Position numbers and translations under genes: made by a program | In this document: positions 35,292 to 50,687 of the stretch, piece after piece | Position numbering within the stretch: position 1 is the first letter of the stretch | How the letters are laid out: each line of letters begins with the position of its first letter | Notes under the pieces: model-generated | Told to the model about the DNA's origin: nothing | Seen by the model: the letters and a program-made list of their open reading frames with translations, nothing else | Database searches by the model: none | NCBI GenBank assembly: GCA_012295275.1 | Contig: CM022670.1 | Coordinates: forward strand, 4,092,001 to 4,156,000 | Length of the DNA stretch: 64,000 nt | Direction of reading: 5' to 3' | Source of the DNA: Chrysomallon squamiferum | Taxonomy: Eukaryota > Animalia > Mollusca

Positions 35292-36651
35292 TCTGAGGAG
35301 TGTGCTACAGTTCAGAGGTTGTGTTGACATCAGGATTAATAGACTGCAGTCTCAATACACCTTGGTGTGGTCTTCGTGTTTTTTTTTTCTCTGTTTGGCC
35401 AAAGTTTTGTGACTTATCTCAAATGCTACTGTTAACTCTTAAAGTGCATGAATACTGTTACATACTATTGTTACAAAATCAGATATTTAATATAAATAGC
35501 ACATTAATTTATTTATTTTATTTATTTAAATTTTAGAATAGCTTTTCATTATTAGTTAATCTTTACATATTGCCCTAAAATCAAGTGAAAAATATCCACT
35601 GAAGAATCAGACAAAAAGAAAAAGGGGAAAACAACAACATTAGCTCAGCATCGACAACAGCAACAACAACAACCCTAAATGACTAACATAATTCAACGAT
35701 ACATATTAAAAATCTTTACAATTTGCACTGATAATTGTTTCAAGATGAGATATATATGTGCAAATTATTTCTAAAATAGTTGGGATTACTGTGAAGTGTA
35801 TACCGAAATACACTCGGATAATTTCCTGGTGTTACAAGTAATCTCACACATGCTATACGTTAGCTATTGTTAATTGGTTTCATCACTGTGTTCACATTTT
35901 CATTCCACACCTTAGCAGGCTTGCAGTCAGAAATGTGTACCTGAATACACTTTATAATTACCACTAATGAAAGATGATAATGATCTTAATATACTTCAGT
36001 ATCATGTTGAAAGAGACACTGTAAATATTTCAAACAGAATAAAATGCACACAGCTGTGAATAATCATATACTCAGATGCATACATATGCACATATACATT
36101 ACATGCATTCATACACAAATCACATACAGTTTAAAAAAAACACCAAAACAACTGACAAAATTCCTTAAGCCCAACAGTTCAGGTTCTAAAACATTTTGAA
36201 TTTATACTTAACTTGTTTAGTATAATTTTAAAATAAAGTTATGTACAGTATAACATTTATTTAACACAGTTTGAAATTCAAACAAGTATACTGATCAGTA
36301 TTTTAATAGGTAGACGTAATTTTGGATATATATGTAAGTTAGGCATAATTATTTTCTTATCTTTTCTTTATTGTTTTTTAAATTATTTATTAAAAAAGAA
36401 ATCTCTTCTTTTATCTTTCATTGCAGAATTAAAAGAATTTATGTTCATTTAAAAAAAAATCTTCTCTGATATAAACTCATACAGCTCTATGGCATAAGTT
36501 GTTTATGAAAGCAGCATTCATATTTCATTTAATGTAAATTAATATTAACCTGTAGTAAAGGTTAAATAATAATTTAAAAAAAACCTACATAACAAAAAAA
36601 TGAATCCTTGTCTGCTGTAACATGTTTCAGTATAAATACAGGTAATACCGG

Positions 36652-36703
<52 letters not shown>

Positions 36704-39700
36704 TATATAACAGTGTGTGTTGACAACAGTATCTGTTGTTTTGATTATCAAAATACTACTGTTTTTCTTTTCTTATTTTTCTTTTTCAGTTTTTTTGTTT
36801 TTGTTTTTCTTGTTTTTTTGTTTTTTCCAGTATTGATTTTGGTCTTCTTTTTTTTTTTTCCATTCCTCTATTCTTTGTTACATCAGCAGTTACTACAAGA
36901 ATCTATTTATTTTATTATCTTTTTTTTTCTCTTACAGATAATCATTTACACATGCTAGTATATACACACACATTAAATGTATACAGGAAAAGTAAGGAAG
37001 TGTAACATAGTTATATAAATAGCTCAGATGCCTCTTGTGATAACATTAATGTGTGTGTGTGTGTGTGTGTGTGTACAATACAAACATACATATATATATT
37101 TTATATTGTATTCAGGACTCTCTGAATCAGTATATTTAAGTGTGTTTGTATGTGAATGAGCGAGTGAGAGATTTTTGTTAAAATATTGTTTGATTACAGT
37201 CTGGAGTGCAATTGTTGAACTTTTTATTATTATCCACTATATTGATACACTTAACAGGGAAATCTTTTGATTTGGGTTTCCAGAAACTTCACTGAGGATG
37301 AGTGTTATCAGAAGTTATTTTACAGTTTTATCAAATGCCTGGTGAAGGTTTATGTGTATTTTGATTTCTAGATCAACATTACTTGTTTTGGGATATGAGA
37401 TGGGATGGGAATTAATCCAGTAGCTGCAACCATGACAGATTGATCCTGAAACATACAGTGCATGCTTATTCTTCTGAACTACTATACATGCTTTCTACAC
37501 CAAAAATTGTAAACCTTGCAGTTTTAGCCGACAGATACTTTTTTCCAATCATCCAAGTAATTAATTCTTTATCCCATCTCTCTTTATTTAAAATCTTGAA
37601 AAACAACTGTCACCCAGTGAAATAAATGCTTGTTTATAGTAAATGTATATTATTATTTTTTAACCTTCTCCTGATATATTGAAAAGTATTTTTTTTTTAT
37701 AAAGAATCAGACTTTTTGTACAAAAACTAAAAAGCATTTTGATGTTTTATTAACTTAACTGTCTGAACTCTCTCTCTCTTGCTGTCATTATTCAGACAGC
37801 CAAGCTGTAAATCTTGGCCTACACCTGCCTGCTGAACATGTGGATTTGTTTTCCTTGGCCATTAAACAGCATCTTTGATTAAGCCCTAATTACCCTGCTG
37901 TATATCTGAATCAAGGGAGACTTTTAAAACAGGAACTGTGGCTGTCTTGTAATGCTGGATTTTGAAATGTTTTGTGAGGATATATGCCTTTTGTGATTAT
38001 TTTTAATGACTGTCTGTATCTTCAGTTGATGAAAAGTTTTGTCAGTCGACTACCAATAAAAACTTGTTTCTTTTTTTAATCTGGAATTTAAACAGAATAA
38101 ATGAAATATTATTTCTTTCTTATAACATGATTTCAACAGTTTTTAATAAATTAGTGGTTATAACACATCAATTATGTTACTGAATCATTTCAAAGAAAAC
38201 CTACTGCCAAAAAATTGATATTTAAGACGAGAAAGGAAAACAATATTCATTGGTAAATATTTTCTTTAATTGAATGTTATTTGTGATGAATTTTCTTAAA
38301 TAAATCTTTATACTCACTGAAGATCATTTTATTTGTAAATTAAAATAATAAATTATTTACATATTTAAACCTTTTACAGGTCATATCATGCCTCAATGGA
38401 TGGTTTAATTATGAGCCATTGGAAAAAAATTCCCAGCTTACTTAATAGCTATCTATACAAGATTTTTATCTCTTGCATGATGATGTGTAACATCACAGAA
38501 TTTTGGCACCTCCAGTCTGATGTCATGAAAAAAAAATCACTGTTTATTTGTAAATTTTGTTGTATTTTGCTCATGCAACTCTTTGCCCCTTAGGATCAAG
38601 TACTTGTGATATTTGATAAATATTTCTCCTGTATCTTACTGAAACGCAGAGTGACTAAGAGGCCATGTGCGTGTACTGTTTTCTGTAAGTAGGTGATTGC
38701 TTCCAGTTGTTTGTTTAGCTTGCACCCTGTGGTTAGAAACTAGGCTTCTTTTGTTGATTTATACTTTCATCCATTCCTACTACTCAAACCTGACTATGTG
38801 GACAACATTCATCTTACATTTACTTCCATGCATTCTTTAAGATGTTCTTGCTGAAACAGTTTATGAAATACTATAAAATGCAGGACATGCAATAAATCTT
38901 TGAGACTCATTGATGATACAAACCATGTATGTGGTTCTTCACTGGTAAAAGATATAGTATCCAGTGATAACATGTCTACATTGTTGTCTAGTCGAGCATT
39001 TTTTCTGCTTAACACAGGATGTTTAGTAGCTGATTTATTATGTATACTGGCTGCTAGTATAACATGGCACATGGAAATTTAAAAAATATTAATCATGCCA
39101 TCAGACTTATTATTTTAGTTAAATAACTGATGGCTTCTAAGTTTTAAATTTGTTAAATATTTGAATAACTGATTCTAATGGTTCTAACATTGTACACAGT
39201 TGAAAATATCAGGTTATAGACTAAAATCTCAAATAGTACATTTTAATTTCTTCACGCTAACAAGGTTTAAAAGATGTAGGTTGTGTTCTTAAAGAATTAT
39301 TTCTCTGATTATATTGCTTGGATTAAGAATTCACTTGGCTCAAATGGCAGTAATGACTCAGTGCTGTGAATCTACATTCATTCATTTGATTCTCATTAGA
39401 CTGTTATTACTCGGATTGTTTCAACAATGTATATGTTGCTTTATACTTGATCCATGATTGCATAGCTCTTAGGAAGGGAACACATATGTCAAAGAAAGAG
39501 CAACAAACAAAACTAACAAACCAAAAAGCTGGATGTAATATATATATATACACTAGCAAAGTGTTAGAGGTGAATGATGAAAACAACAGCATCATCATGT
39601 TGATAGTCCATTTTCAGTCAGTTCTTCATGGTGTCTGAATTTCAGTTAATATTCACTTAATGAAGAAAGTTAACTCAGGTCAGTATCCTGCCTCAAGGAA

Positions 39701-42700
39701 GATGTACTAATAGTGAGCCAGTGAAAAAAACAACTTACTTATAGAATGGCTATCAACAAAAGATATTTATGTCTTGCGTGATGATGTGTAACATCACAGT
39801 TTCTTGGCATCTCCAATCCGACTTGAAAGTACCATGTCGTTACAAATTACTTACGTTGTATTTTGTGCATCGTCATTCTCTGACTAATTACTTACAAACA
39901 GTTTTACAAGGTGGTATGCTCATCCCTGCTGGAAAGAAGCATGCTATTTACTTTGATGATTATATGTGTAAATACACTACAAACATGGAACACATAGTTT
40001 CCTTGTTGTTGTGCAAACTGTATGCGGCAGGAGGAAGTTACCATGGCAATGTTATTTGTGTTGTTGTTTTGTTTTGTGCTGATTTTGTTAATAAAGAAAG
40101 AATTGTTTTGTGTAATGACAACCAGCATATATTTGGTTATATTGCAGCATCACATGGGTAGTGTCATATGTGTTTATTCAAACATGTATACACATACAGA
40201 CATATATCTGTCTGGTTGTCTATCTGTTTATCTGTATAAACACATATGAGCCTGCCCATGTAATGGTGAAATATAACCAAACAAACACACACACCAGGTG
40301 TAGAATACTTACTACAGTAATAAAGAACCCAAAGTGCTCAGTGTCAGAGATGATCCTGAACTTCCACACATCAAGCTTATACTTTGACACTGAGCTACAT
40401 TCTGCCTTGTATGTGTTAAATAATACATTACTGAATGTAATATTTATGATATTTATTGCAGCAGGCATATTTGTGTGTGTTCACATATAAATATTTATAG
40501 AATAAAAGCACGGTAATCACATCAGAGTACATGTGTCATGATCTGAAATATTCAGAATAAAAGTAATTTTATTCTGGGTGTTTTGCTGTATAACATAGTG
40601 ATTCTGTTATTGTGTTATTGTGTTTTACATATTATTCTCGATACATTATAAAATGCACACATATGCTATTCTTTTCTATAAGCCTGTCATTATATTTACC
40701 ATTATGGCTTTAATGTGACCAAAACATTTCTTATTTTCTTTTTAATTTCTTTCTTTCTTTCTTTCTAATTTGTTAACAGCTTATATTTAAACTTCAGTGA
40801 TTATATCAATGTTTAAATTAAATTTAAAATATGAGAATTTTAATTTTTTTGTAGGCTGCATTCAGCAGGGAGAAGTTGAGTCGTCTGTGGAACGAACTTG
40901 TCAAGGATGGTGAGGTGGCTGCCTCGAGCCAAGACGGTGTCTTTAACAGTGCTGGAGCACTTGCTAAGAAAGGTCTGGTACTTCTACATTTTTGTTTTTG
41001 TTATAGTTGAGCTCTGATACTGCTACAGTTTGTTATTTAGTGGTAGAACTAGACATATCTGACTGTATAAGTATTTTTTTTAAATGTTTAATTTTTCAAA
41101 CATACCTTCTTGTTCATTATCTGCCTTTTCCTTTTTTCTTTTTTTTTTTGGAAAATATTTGTCCAAAGGCTGAAAATTATTGGTAAATTATTATTATTAT
41201 ATATTATAAAACTGATAGTTAAGTCTTCAGATAGAGGTTTGTAAAAAGCTAGCAAAAATAAAAAAAAGATCTGTACAGGCTTTTGAAAAGACTGTTGACA
41301 ATTGCGGTTCACCTTTACCAGTTTGTTTCTAACTGTTAGAAGTATATTATTTTGTAAATATGTTATACTTGTGAAAACTTTCCAAAATATGAATAAAATG
41401 TTTATATTATATGACTAAATTTACCTGTTTTGTAATCAAATAAATAAACCAGTTATGAAATGTGTGTAGCTATTTCCAGAAAATAAGCAGATATGATCGT
41501 TATTCTTGATTTTTAGAAATTAAGAATGCTTAGATTTGATTTATTTATTCACATTTTTTTTTTCTTAAAGAAGAAAAAGATACATAATACACTGCCTAAA
41601 CAAAGCTAATAAAAATAAAAATAAAAGATGAAAAGATAAAAATCAAAGAACCGTAGAGGTGAAAAGATTTTTTATTTTATTTTAATTTTATTGGAAGCTT
41701 TAAGATATTCACGGGATGTTCACTTTAATGGGACTCACTCACTCCTCCATGCCATTGTGTAACAGCTGCATGCAGAATAAATGTGTATTTACTGAGATAA
41801 CGATATTTTCATCTGGACACTTGGGGATTAATTGTGTGCAGGCTTCATCTTGTGAAGATGCAGTAAATCTTTCCTTTTTTCTTCCTATCTTTATGCATGC
41901 AAATTACACACCTCACTGAAACTGATATCCACAGTGAACTGTCAGTGCCAATAACATTTTTACTAGAAAGTGTGTCGTTTATAAATAAATATATATCTAT
42001 AAAATTAAACAAAAATTGAATAATATAGAGTCTCACCTAAATAAAAATTGGCATTCATGAATATATAAATGTAAAATTTACATAATATAATGTCTTTACT
42101 TAATACAGAGTGTCATTTATAAATAAATAAATAACTGAAAACATATCTGAGTTTTACAACAATGTCCTTTAAAAATAAATCAAGTATAAAACATTTAAGT
42201 AAAAATAAATTTAAACAATATGAAGCTGTTAAGAGTTCTCCATGAATATTATTATTCCTGATTTTTAAACTAATATTAATTCAATTAGCAGAACAAGAAT
42301 GTATCTATTGGCCTTTAATCTGTTGTTAATTTTGGAAGCAGAACAGAAATCTCACCTTATGGTCTTTATAGTGGTGTGATTGTTCCAGTAGAATAACATG
42401 TCATCTAGGTCTGTTGGTCTCAAACTTGTTAATTATAATCTTAGAACAAAAACCTATCATCCACTGTTCTGTAACTTACAGTATTTTAGTTGTAGAACAA
42501 GACCATGTTGTCTTTTACTCTTTAAAATAGTGTTAATTCTAGCATTTCAGCAGAACTCTTTATCTGCTGGTCTTTTACTACATGATAATTTCAGAAACAG
42601 AACAATATCACATTATCTGCTGGCCTAATGGTGTTTAATTTATTATTCGACAGAAGTTACTATTTAAAGATAGTTTACCTTCTGATGATTTGAGAGGTAG

Positions 42701-45700
42701 AACAAGAATATACTGTCTGTTAGTTTTAATCTAGTGTTAATTCTGATACTTGGTCAGAACTTACTGATGGTCTTTTATGCTAAGACAATTCCAGCACTGG
42801 AACTAGAGCATATTGTCTGTTAGTTTTAATCTAGTGTTAATTCTGATACTTGGTCAGAACTTACTGATGGTCTTTTATGTTAAGACAATTCCAGCACTGG
42901 AACTAGAGCATATTGTTTGCTGTTCTTTAATCATATGTTAATTCCAATAAAAAACCCAAGAATAGATCATTCACAGATCTTGCACACAGTCATAATAACA
43001 TAATTAAATTTAATAATTCTAGTGGCAAGATGAGACCCCATTACCTGTTGCTTTTTAACTCACTCCACATGTAACATATTATCTCATAAAAACTCATAAG
43101 TGTGTCCGAGTGGTTTACTGTTGATGTGAAGTGATAGAAATGAGGCTGTAGTACTCTACCTACATCATGTATACCAACATTATCTACTTACCTTATGCTG
43201 AATGTCTGTATTTATGTTACTGGGTCTGGCACTAAACTGAATTGTAAAAATGCTTGGAGTTACTTTTAACATTATATGAGTATTTACCTATTAACTGAAA
43301 ATGTTTTTTTTTTTGTTTGGGTGAATGGTGTTAAATTATAATGTAGTATTGGAACTGGTTATTAATTTTAAAATATTTACTTGGTATGTCATGAGTATTC
43401 ACAAATGTAATTGACTGATGTGGTTTAGGTCTGGTACCAAATAGTATTTTTGACTATTATATTGGTTCTTTAAATAAAAATATTTGCTTACTACATTATT
43501 AGTATTGCCAAATGAAATCTGCAAATACTGGTGTATTTTTATATGTCTAGTACTGAACTGTATTGTAAAGTTAGACTGGATCTTAACTGAAAAATATTTA
43601 CTTCAAACACATGAGTATTGCCAAATGTAATTGACTAACATTATTATCTGAATTGTTTTTATGTTTGGGTTTGCTATCAAATAGTATTTTAAACTGTTTG
43701 CTTACTACATCATTAGTATTGCCAAATCAAAACTACTAACAATGATGACTGAACTGTTTTTAGATTCTGGGTTTGGTACCAAACTCTATTTTAAACTGCT
43801 TATGTTAGCTCTTAATATTATTTTTTTCTTTCTTACAAAACTATGAGAATTGTATATATGTAATCTATTAACAGTGTGTTTTGTTTGTTATTGTTTAAAT
43901 GTCTGTTTCTGTGTTTCTGGATCTGGTACTGAAATATAGTATAAACTCTGAGAATTGTTTTCTGACATAAAATAATGGTAAATGTATTGACTTTCAAAAG
44001 ATGTTGTTTTCAGTGTATTAATACTAATCCTCTTCTGTGCAGCATTGGTCTTTTTATTTTATTTTATTTATTATTTTTGTCTTGTTTTGTTATTGTTTTC
44101 ATCTTCCCTGCCAAGAAAAATATTGGGTTTAATCTTATATCATCATAAGAACAGAAACTTGATGGAACAGTACAACATTCCTATTAAGAATTCCAATATA
44201 TTGTTTTAGGTAATTTCTTTTATTAATTTCTGTGGTGTTTTTGTTATTATTATGATTATTATTATTATGTTTTAGTAAAGGTCTGTTTTGTTGCTGCTTC
44301 TTCTTCATCTTAATCAGTAGAGTGTGTTATTGTCATTTAGATTACAAAACTGCCAAAATAGCCTAAATTTTATGTTCATCTGATGAAAGTAAGGTGCATA
44401 TATGCATTGGCAAGAAAAACTTTATACAAGCCTCTGATCAACATTAGGGAGTACTGGTCAGAATGGAAAATAGTTTAATGGATAGGCTTAATAGAAATGA
44501 ACCAGTTGAAAGTTACATTTTGGGACTCCTGACCTGTAGTTTTTTTATTCTGCTGTTTATGTAAGTAAAGTAACCACACACACACACTCATACTCATACA
44601 TTCATACACATACTTGGTGTATGAATTAAAGAACTGTACATACTTCCACTGATTATCATGATTGATTAACTTAAAATTAACCAAATTACTAAAAAAAAAA
44701 AAAAAAAAAAATGACATGCAGGTTTATAATTATGATAGTTCATTTCTGTCACATTCCTTAACGTTGTCAGAATTATTGGCCTTATCTTATTTGTATCAGA
44801 GGAAAAGAAGAAAAAGTATACAGATAATTAATACATGTTTCAAGACAGACATATAAATGTGAGTAGTTTTGTGTAAGGTCATTTTGAAAAAACCCCACCC
44901 CAAAACAACAACAAATAAAACATTAACCACAACTATAGATTATCTGGTTCAATTAGTAAATTTGGTTACTAAATATCTGTGCACAATGAACATGTTCAGG
45001 TTTTAAACTAGTTAGAGTTAAGACTGGTGCTTGGGCCATTCTGTAGTTTGACATTTTTCAGACTAGACATTTTTAATGTGGATGAAAGTAAACTAAGTGA
45101 TTTCAAAAGAATTAATTCTAAAGTGACTTTAAAAGTAAGTACTGAGAGGCAAAAACGGGGGAAATATTTAGTTAAATTACTCTTTAAAGATTCTTTTTTT
45201 ATATGTCAGATAACATTAACACACACACACACACATACACTTTATTACAAATTGTATGTTCTGGAGGTATGATTTTTTTATTTTGTAAGGTTACTAGAGA
45301 AGAAACCTGAAACCATCACACTATGTGGCTCTCCTTAAGAATTCATAGTGCTTAAGATATATTCTCAATGCACATTTCTCACATATAGAAAAGTACTTAC
45401 CATAATCTTTAGAGCTCTGTCAGGAATTGGGAATAACCCATTATTTATCACTCATGCTGCTGTCTGTTGTAAAAAATGGAAATATTTAATCTTCCTTTTG
45501 CTCTGTATATACTAGGATAAAAACAGAACACCTGCATTTTTGTGTATGTTTAATCATAGTCACGTCAGATTGGATTAAAAATTATCCAAATTATTTCATT
45601 ATCTAAACAAAATGCCAGTATAGATTTAATGAATCAGTGTGTTTCAGGAGATCCAGAGGTTTTATAAAGGTGTTTGTATTTTGTAGCTGATGTATGTTGT

Positions 45701-47662
45701 TTATGGGTACCACAGTTCTTTATATGTATCACTTTTTAAATTCTTGACTTTAAATGTGACAGTGTCAATATGGATACAAATTACAATACTATTCTGAAGT
45801 TGTAGAAAAACATTTAGTGGCTGATTTTCTGTTATCCCATAATGACTGTGGTCATGATGAAAATTAAGAATGTCAATAAAAATATCTAAATTTAAAAAAC
45901 AAAATTTTTTCTGTTATCCTTTTTTTTTTTCAAATCAATTCTGTCATGCATTGATCAGACACTTTAAAAAATTTAAATTACATAAAGACTTTATAATGTC
46001 TGTATGTGCATGTGTTTATTTACATATTCAATCAAAATGTTAAGATTTTTAATTTCACCAGGGAGATTTCAATATTTTCTGAAATCTTTACCCCCAAAAA
46101 TACTGAAAAAAACTGCAACTTCTAAAAAACAAAACCATTTTCTCCATTCTTTCTTCCTTTTTTTTTTCTTTTTTTTTTTTCTTTTTTTAAAGTTCAAATA
46201 TCTTCCAGATGTTGAGAAACAAAAAACATGTAACAACAGTTGAATGAAAGGTAGATGCATTACGCTAAATGACTTGGCAGTTCTTAACAGCTTTGTTAAA
46301 TAGGTGACTTAGAAAGGCATATGTATATTTAGCAACGTGTGCATGCTTTAAAGAGCAGCTGCTGAACAATTGCGGTCAGTGCACCACTTAATGTGTTTGT
46401 GAATAACACAATTACCGTTCTGAAATGAGTTCTTGTTTGTGTTTACTATAGGTGTTTATGTTTGTCGACATGATTTTGATGATTGTCGGTTATCATAACA
46501 GTATTAGTTTCAGTTGTTGTACTTTAATTTCTGTGTTTGAAAAGAGCAAAAATTAATTTTCTGTCAGGTTTTTAATTTTTTTGTTTCAGCCATATTTATA
46601 ATATTAACAAAAAAGAAAAAAGTTAATAATTAAAACATACAACAATAATAATAATAATAATAACAACAGTAATGATGATGATGATGATGATATATTAAAA
46701 GGAAATATGTAGACATAGGCAAACACACGTATTCTTGCAGTCAGAGAGAAAAAATGTGATTAATGTTCTGAAGCATAATGAATTTTACAGATTATATCCT
46801 ACAGATCATTTATCACCAGTAATAATTTTTCCTCTCTTTTTTTAGTAAAAATTCTGGATCTACATTTCCAAATTAGTATGAGAAATGTAGCTGTTTACTT
46901 TTGAATAAATATTATTATATTTCCAGCAGCACTACCTATGCAGCTTTGAGAAAAGTCAACATTCTCAATCCTTGTTGCCAACAGCTATATTTATAATGAA
47001 TGTTGTCATTGGCATCAGAAACACGCATTATTGTCATCATATTTCTTTTATCTTTAAGTACAGAAGGAAGGAAAAAACATAATAAACATGTATATATGTA
47101 TATACATATATTGTTTAATACATTGTGTGTATTTGTGTGGGTCTGAGCATACAGTATTTAGATTGTACATAGGTAAATGTATACAAAACTCTAGACCATG
47201 TCATAAATGCATGGATATATACAGACAAATTTCATTCAGAGAAACAAACATACAGATGCTCATGCTCATACATACACAGTGTAATAAAAACAAGTATACA
47301 GAAAGTCCATTTTTATATTTAAAATGTGGAATGAAAATATAACATTAGAACTTGTCTGAAAAATAATAATAAAAAAAACAATGACTGCCTTGAATTGATA
47401 GGAATTTCTGAAATGATAAATTAAAGGGCATGCATAGTTTGAAAAGTTGTCTAGCAGGGTAAGTCTAGACTACCCACAGTTATCACAGCAGACTCAAATA
47501 CAACTTCTTTTATCTTATCACAGAAAGAGAAAATTTAAATCTTTGTTTAAGAAACTTGGCATGATCTTTATCAAGACACGTTTACCAGAACCTCATTCTA
47601 ACACAAGCTTATTTTCTATTTATATAAAAAAAAAAAATGTTTTTAATTCTTTTCTTGTTTTA

Positions 47663-47700
<38 letters not shown>

Positions 47701-50654
47701 TTATTTTTCTGTCTGAAAAAGATGATTTTCCCACTCTTATTTACAATTTATTTCTTTCTGTTTTTTTGGTATCTTTTTTTTAATTGTTATTTTTTTTTTT
47801 TTTAAATTTTTTTGGTTTTGAACAGTAAACATCACTTACATGTAGGTGTGGTTTTACATGTTTTAGATAAAGTGCTAATTTATCAGGCATGCTACAAAAT
47901 TATCTGCCAGATTTTCTTTCTGCTCCTTTTTTTTTTCTTTCCATTTGCCCCTAACCTTAAAATAGAATGCTGTATCTTCCATAAATAAACAGAAATGTTC
48001 TGTTGTCTTTATTTTTAATATGTTTTAATTTTTTTGTTCTTTTCATTCAGTCCAAATAATACTTTGTAAACACTTCACAGGATGATAGCTAATCTTTAAA
48101 TCTTTACACACTTGTTACTTTAGAGATGTTTTTATCATGTAAAAGCATGAATACAGAGGATCCATTGGTTCATACGTCATGAACAACCAAAGTTTAAGTC
48201 ATCAGCTTCATGGGGTTTTTTATGTTCTAGATTCACATCTTCAGTAGCACCAGAAATAATTTGAAAAGTCTGAGACGGTGATAACTTTTCAGACTAACAT
48301 ACTAACCACAGCTTCTTAGGTTATGAGACACACGACAAGGAGATGAAATAGTTGAACTGTTAGACTTAATTCAGATCCATGATGATAGATGTAACTGGAT
48401 AGATGTGAGGCAATGACAAAATGACACTAATACTTTCCTGATCACCTAATATACTAACTTGCAAGGGGTTATCAGGCAAATAGCCAAGGGTTTTGGGAAA
48501 ACATGCAGTTACTTTGAGAGTAAAATAATTAATGATCTGCTTAAGATTTCATAAATATCTGAATTCATTTTTTGTGGGTTTTTTTTGTTGTTGTTGTTAT
48601 TGTGGCTGCTGCCAAAAGCTAATTTATAATCAACATTTAAAATACTGATTGTGAGATTGTTCAGGCAGACAATCAATACTTCTTGAGTTATGTATGACCA
48701 TCTTCAAGCTTGATAAAAACCTGGATCTCTTTCTAAAGTTAGCTGCATCCAAGAATGAACTGAAAAGATGTTAGACCACTGCTGATTCTTTTTCTAAATA
48801 CTCACCTAACATACTAACCTTAAACCATGAAAGATCGATAAACAAGATTTGTGGGTTTGCATGCTAAAGACATGCATTTGGAAAAGTATACTAACTTTAT
48901 CTTAGGTAGATAATTAAAAATTAAGGAGATTTCAAGCATACAACTTCAGACTGGGATGTAAAAACAGTCTGTTGAGTAGTCTGTGGCATGGTAACAGATT
49001 TATTTTATGACTTACTTAACCCACTATCCAGATGTAATGATAAATGCAGGTGTTTGCTAAATAATCAACTAAGATATCATTATAATTTGTTTTTAATATG
49101 ATGGATTTCTGGAAATAGTGTAAAAATTTAAAGTTTATATGCATTAATTCATAATGAGTGGTTCTTGAAATAGTGAAAAGTTTTGGATGAATGAATGTTT
49201 ATTGCTTAGAAAATAAGCTAAATAAAATATAAAGAATTTTGCTAATTTAATTTGACTGTTAAGTGGAAAGAAAAATGTTTATTTTGAACTGGTCAAGAAA
49301 AGTTGTTCCAGATGTACATTGGTGTCAGTAATAAATAAATAAATAAATAAATAAATAAATACATAAATAAATGATGAATGGATAGCTAAAGGGACAAAAC
49401 ATTACATCCACATCCCAACAGATTTCAAACACTTGCTCAGTAGAGCAAAACCCATACCCATGGTTTTTCCTGCACATGTATATTACACAAATACACCAAA
49501 CACAACAAGGCAGGAACTTCCACATTATATAAACACATCCAGTACAACATACACACTGGGCAACAACTTCCAAAAGGATCTCTTATGTGATAAACACTTT
49601 ATTGAAGTATTTATTCTGTCAGATGAACATCATCTGTTATTTTTACTTTACAGTAGCATGTCTCAGCTATGATAACTGACAACAGTTGCTTATCAGATTA
49701 TCAGTACTGTCTATCAGTATACATCAAGATCTGATACAAACATACATCACCTACAGGCATTTATCATATATGTTTAGTCTTTGAAGTAGACAGTACACAT
49801 TCAGTTATACTCCAGATCTTACTGTCTGTCTCTCTGTTTCTATATTTTCTCTTAACTTTCTCTCACTTAGTGTGTGTGTGTTACTGTTTTTCTTTTTCTT
49901 TTATTTCTTCTCATTCTGTCTGTCTTTCTGCCTTCTGTGTATTTAATACTGAATAAGTGTTTAAAAAGTGCTCTAAAAAAAAAAAAAAAAAAAAATCCAT
50001 TTTTGTAAGTTATCCTTGTTCTTATCTGTTGTTAAATAAAGTATCATCATCATGACTACATTTTTATCTTTCTTATTTCCAGCTAAATAACATGTATTTG
50101 ATATAATATTATTATATATTCATCACAGTTGCCAAATAATGTCTTTCCAGAAATTATTTATTCACTTTTTTCTTTATGCCTTTTAAATATTTAAAATAAA
50201 TTGTCTCAAAATTTGATCCTTTATAAGTAACATTTATTTTACTGTTGCAGAACCATTGGCAACTCTTACTGAACCACTAAAAATATAAAAAAAAGATTTA
50301 AAAAAACAACATTCAAATTAAAAACTCATGAAGGACCACAACAGGTTATGTATTTCTGTTGGGTTCAGACACAATTGGTCTTAAGAAATGAGGTAAAAAT
50401 ATGAAAAAAAAGAAAAATACAGTAGTGTTTGTTGTTTTGGGTTTTTTTTTTTGCCATCTTACCTTTATTTACCTACAGACAAAAATGAAGTGTATGTGAT
50501 GTAAATGCTTATTGACAAAACATACAATGCTTATTTTAGCTTTTCAGTCTTTCGGTTGTAATGATCCAGAACACTGTCTTAACTGGAGCAGTTTTATTTT
50601 TGGTTTTTCCTTTTTCTCACCCAGTTATTATTGATTTGTTTCTGGCTTTGCTCA

Positions 50655-50687
<33 letters not shown>

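Noticed and set aside
38478-38520. C/D box snoRNA (ATGATGA...CTGA)
   Set aside because: Only about 43 nt from box C to box D, a weak terminal stem, and the paralogous copy has CCGA in place of CTGA.
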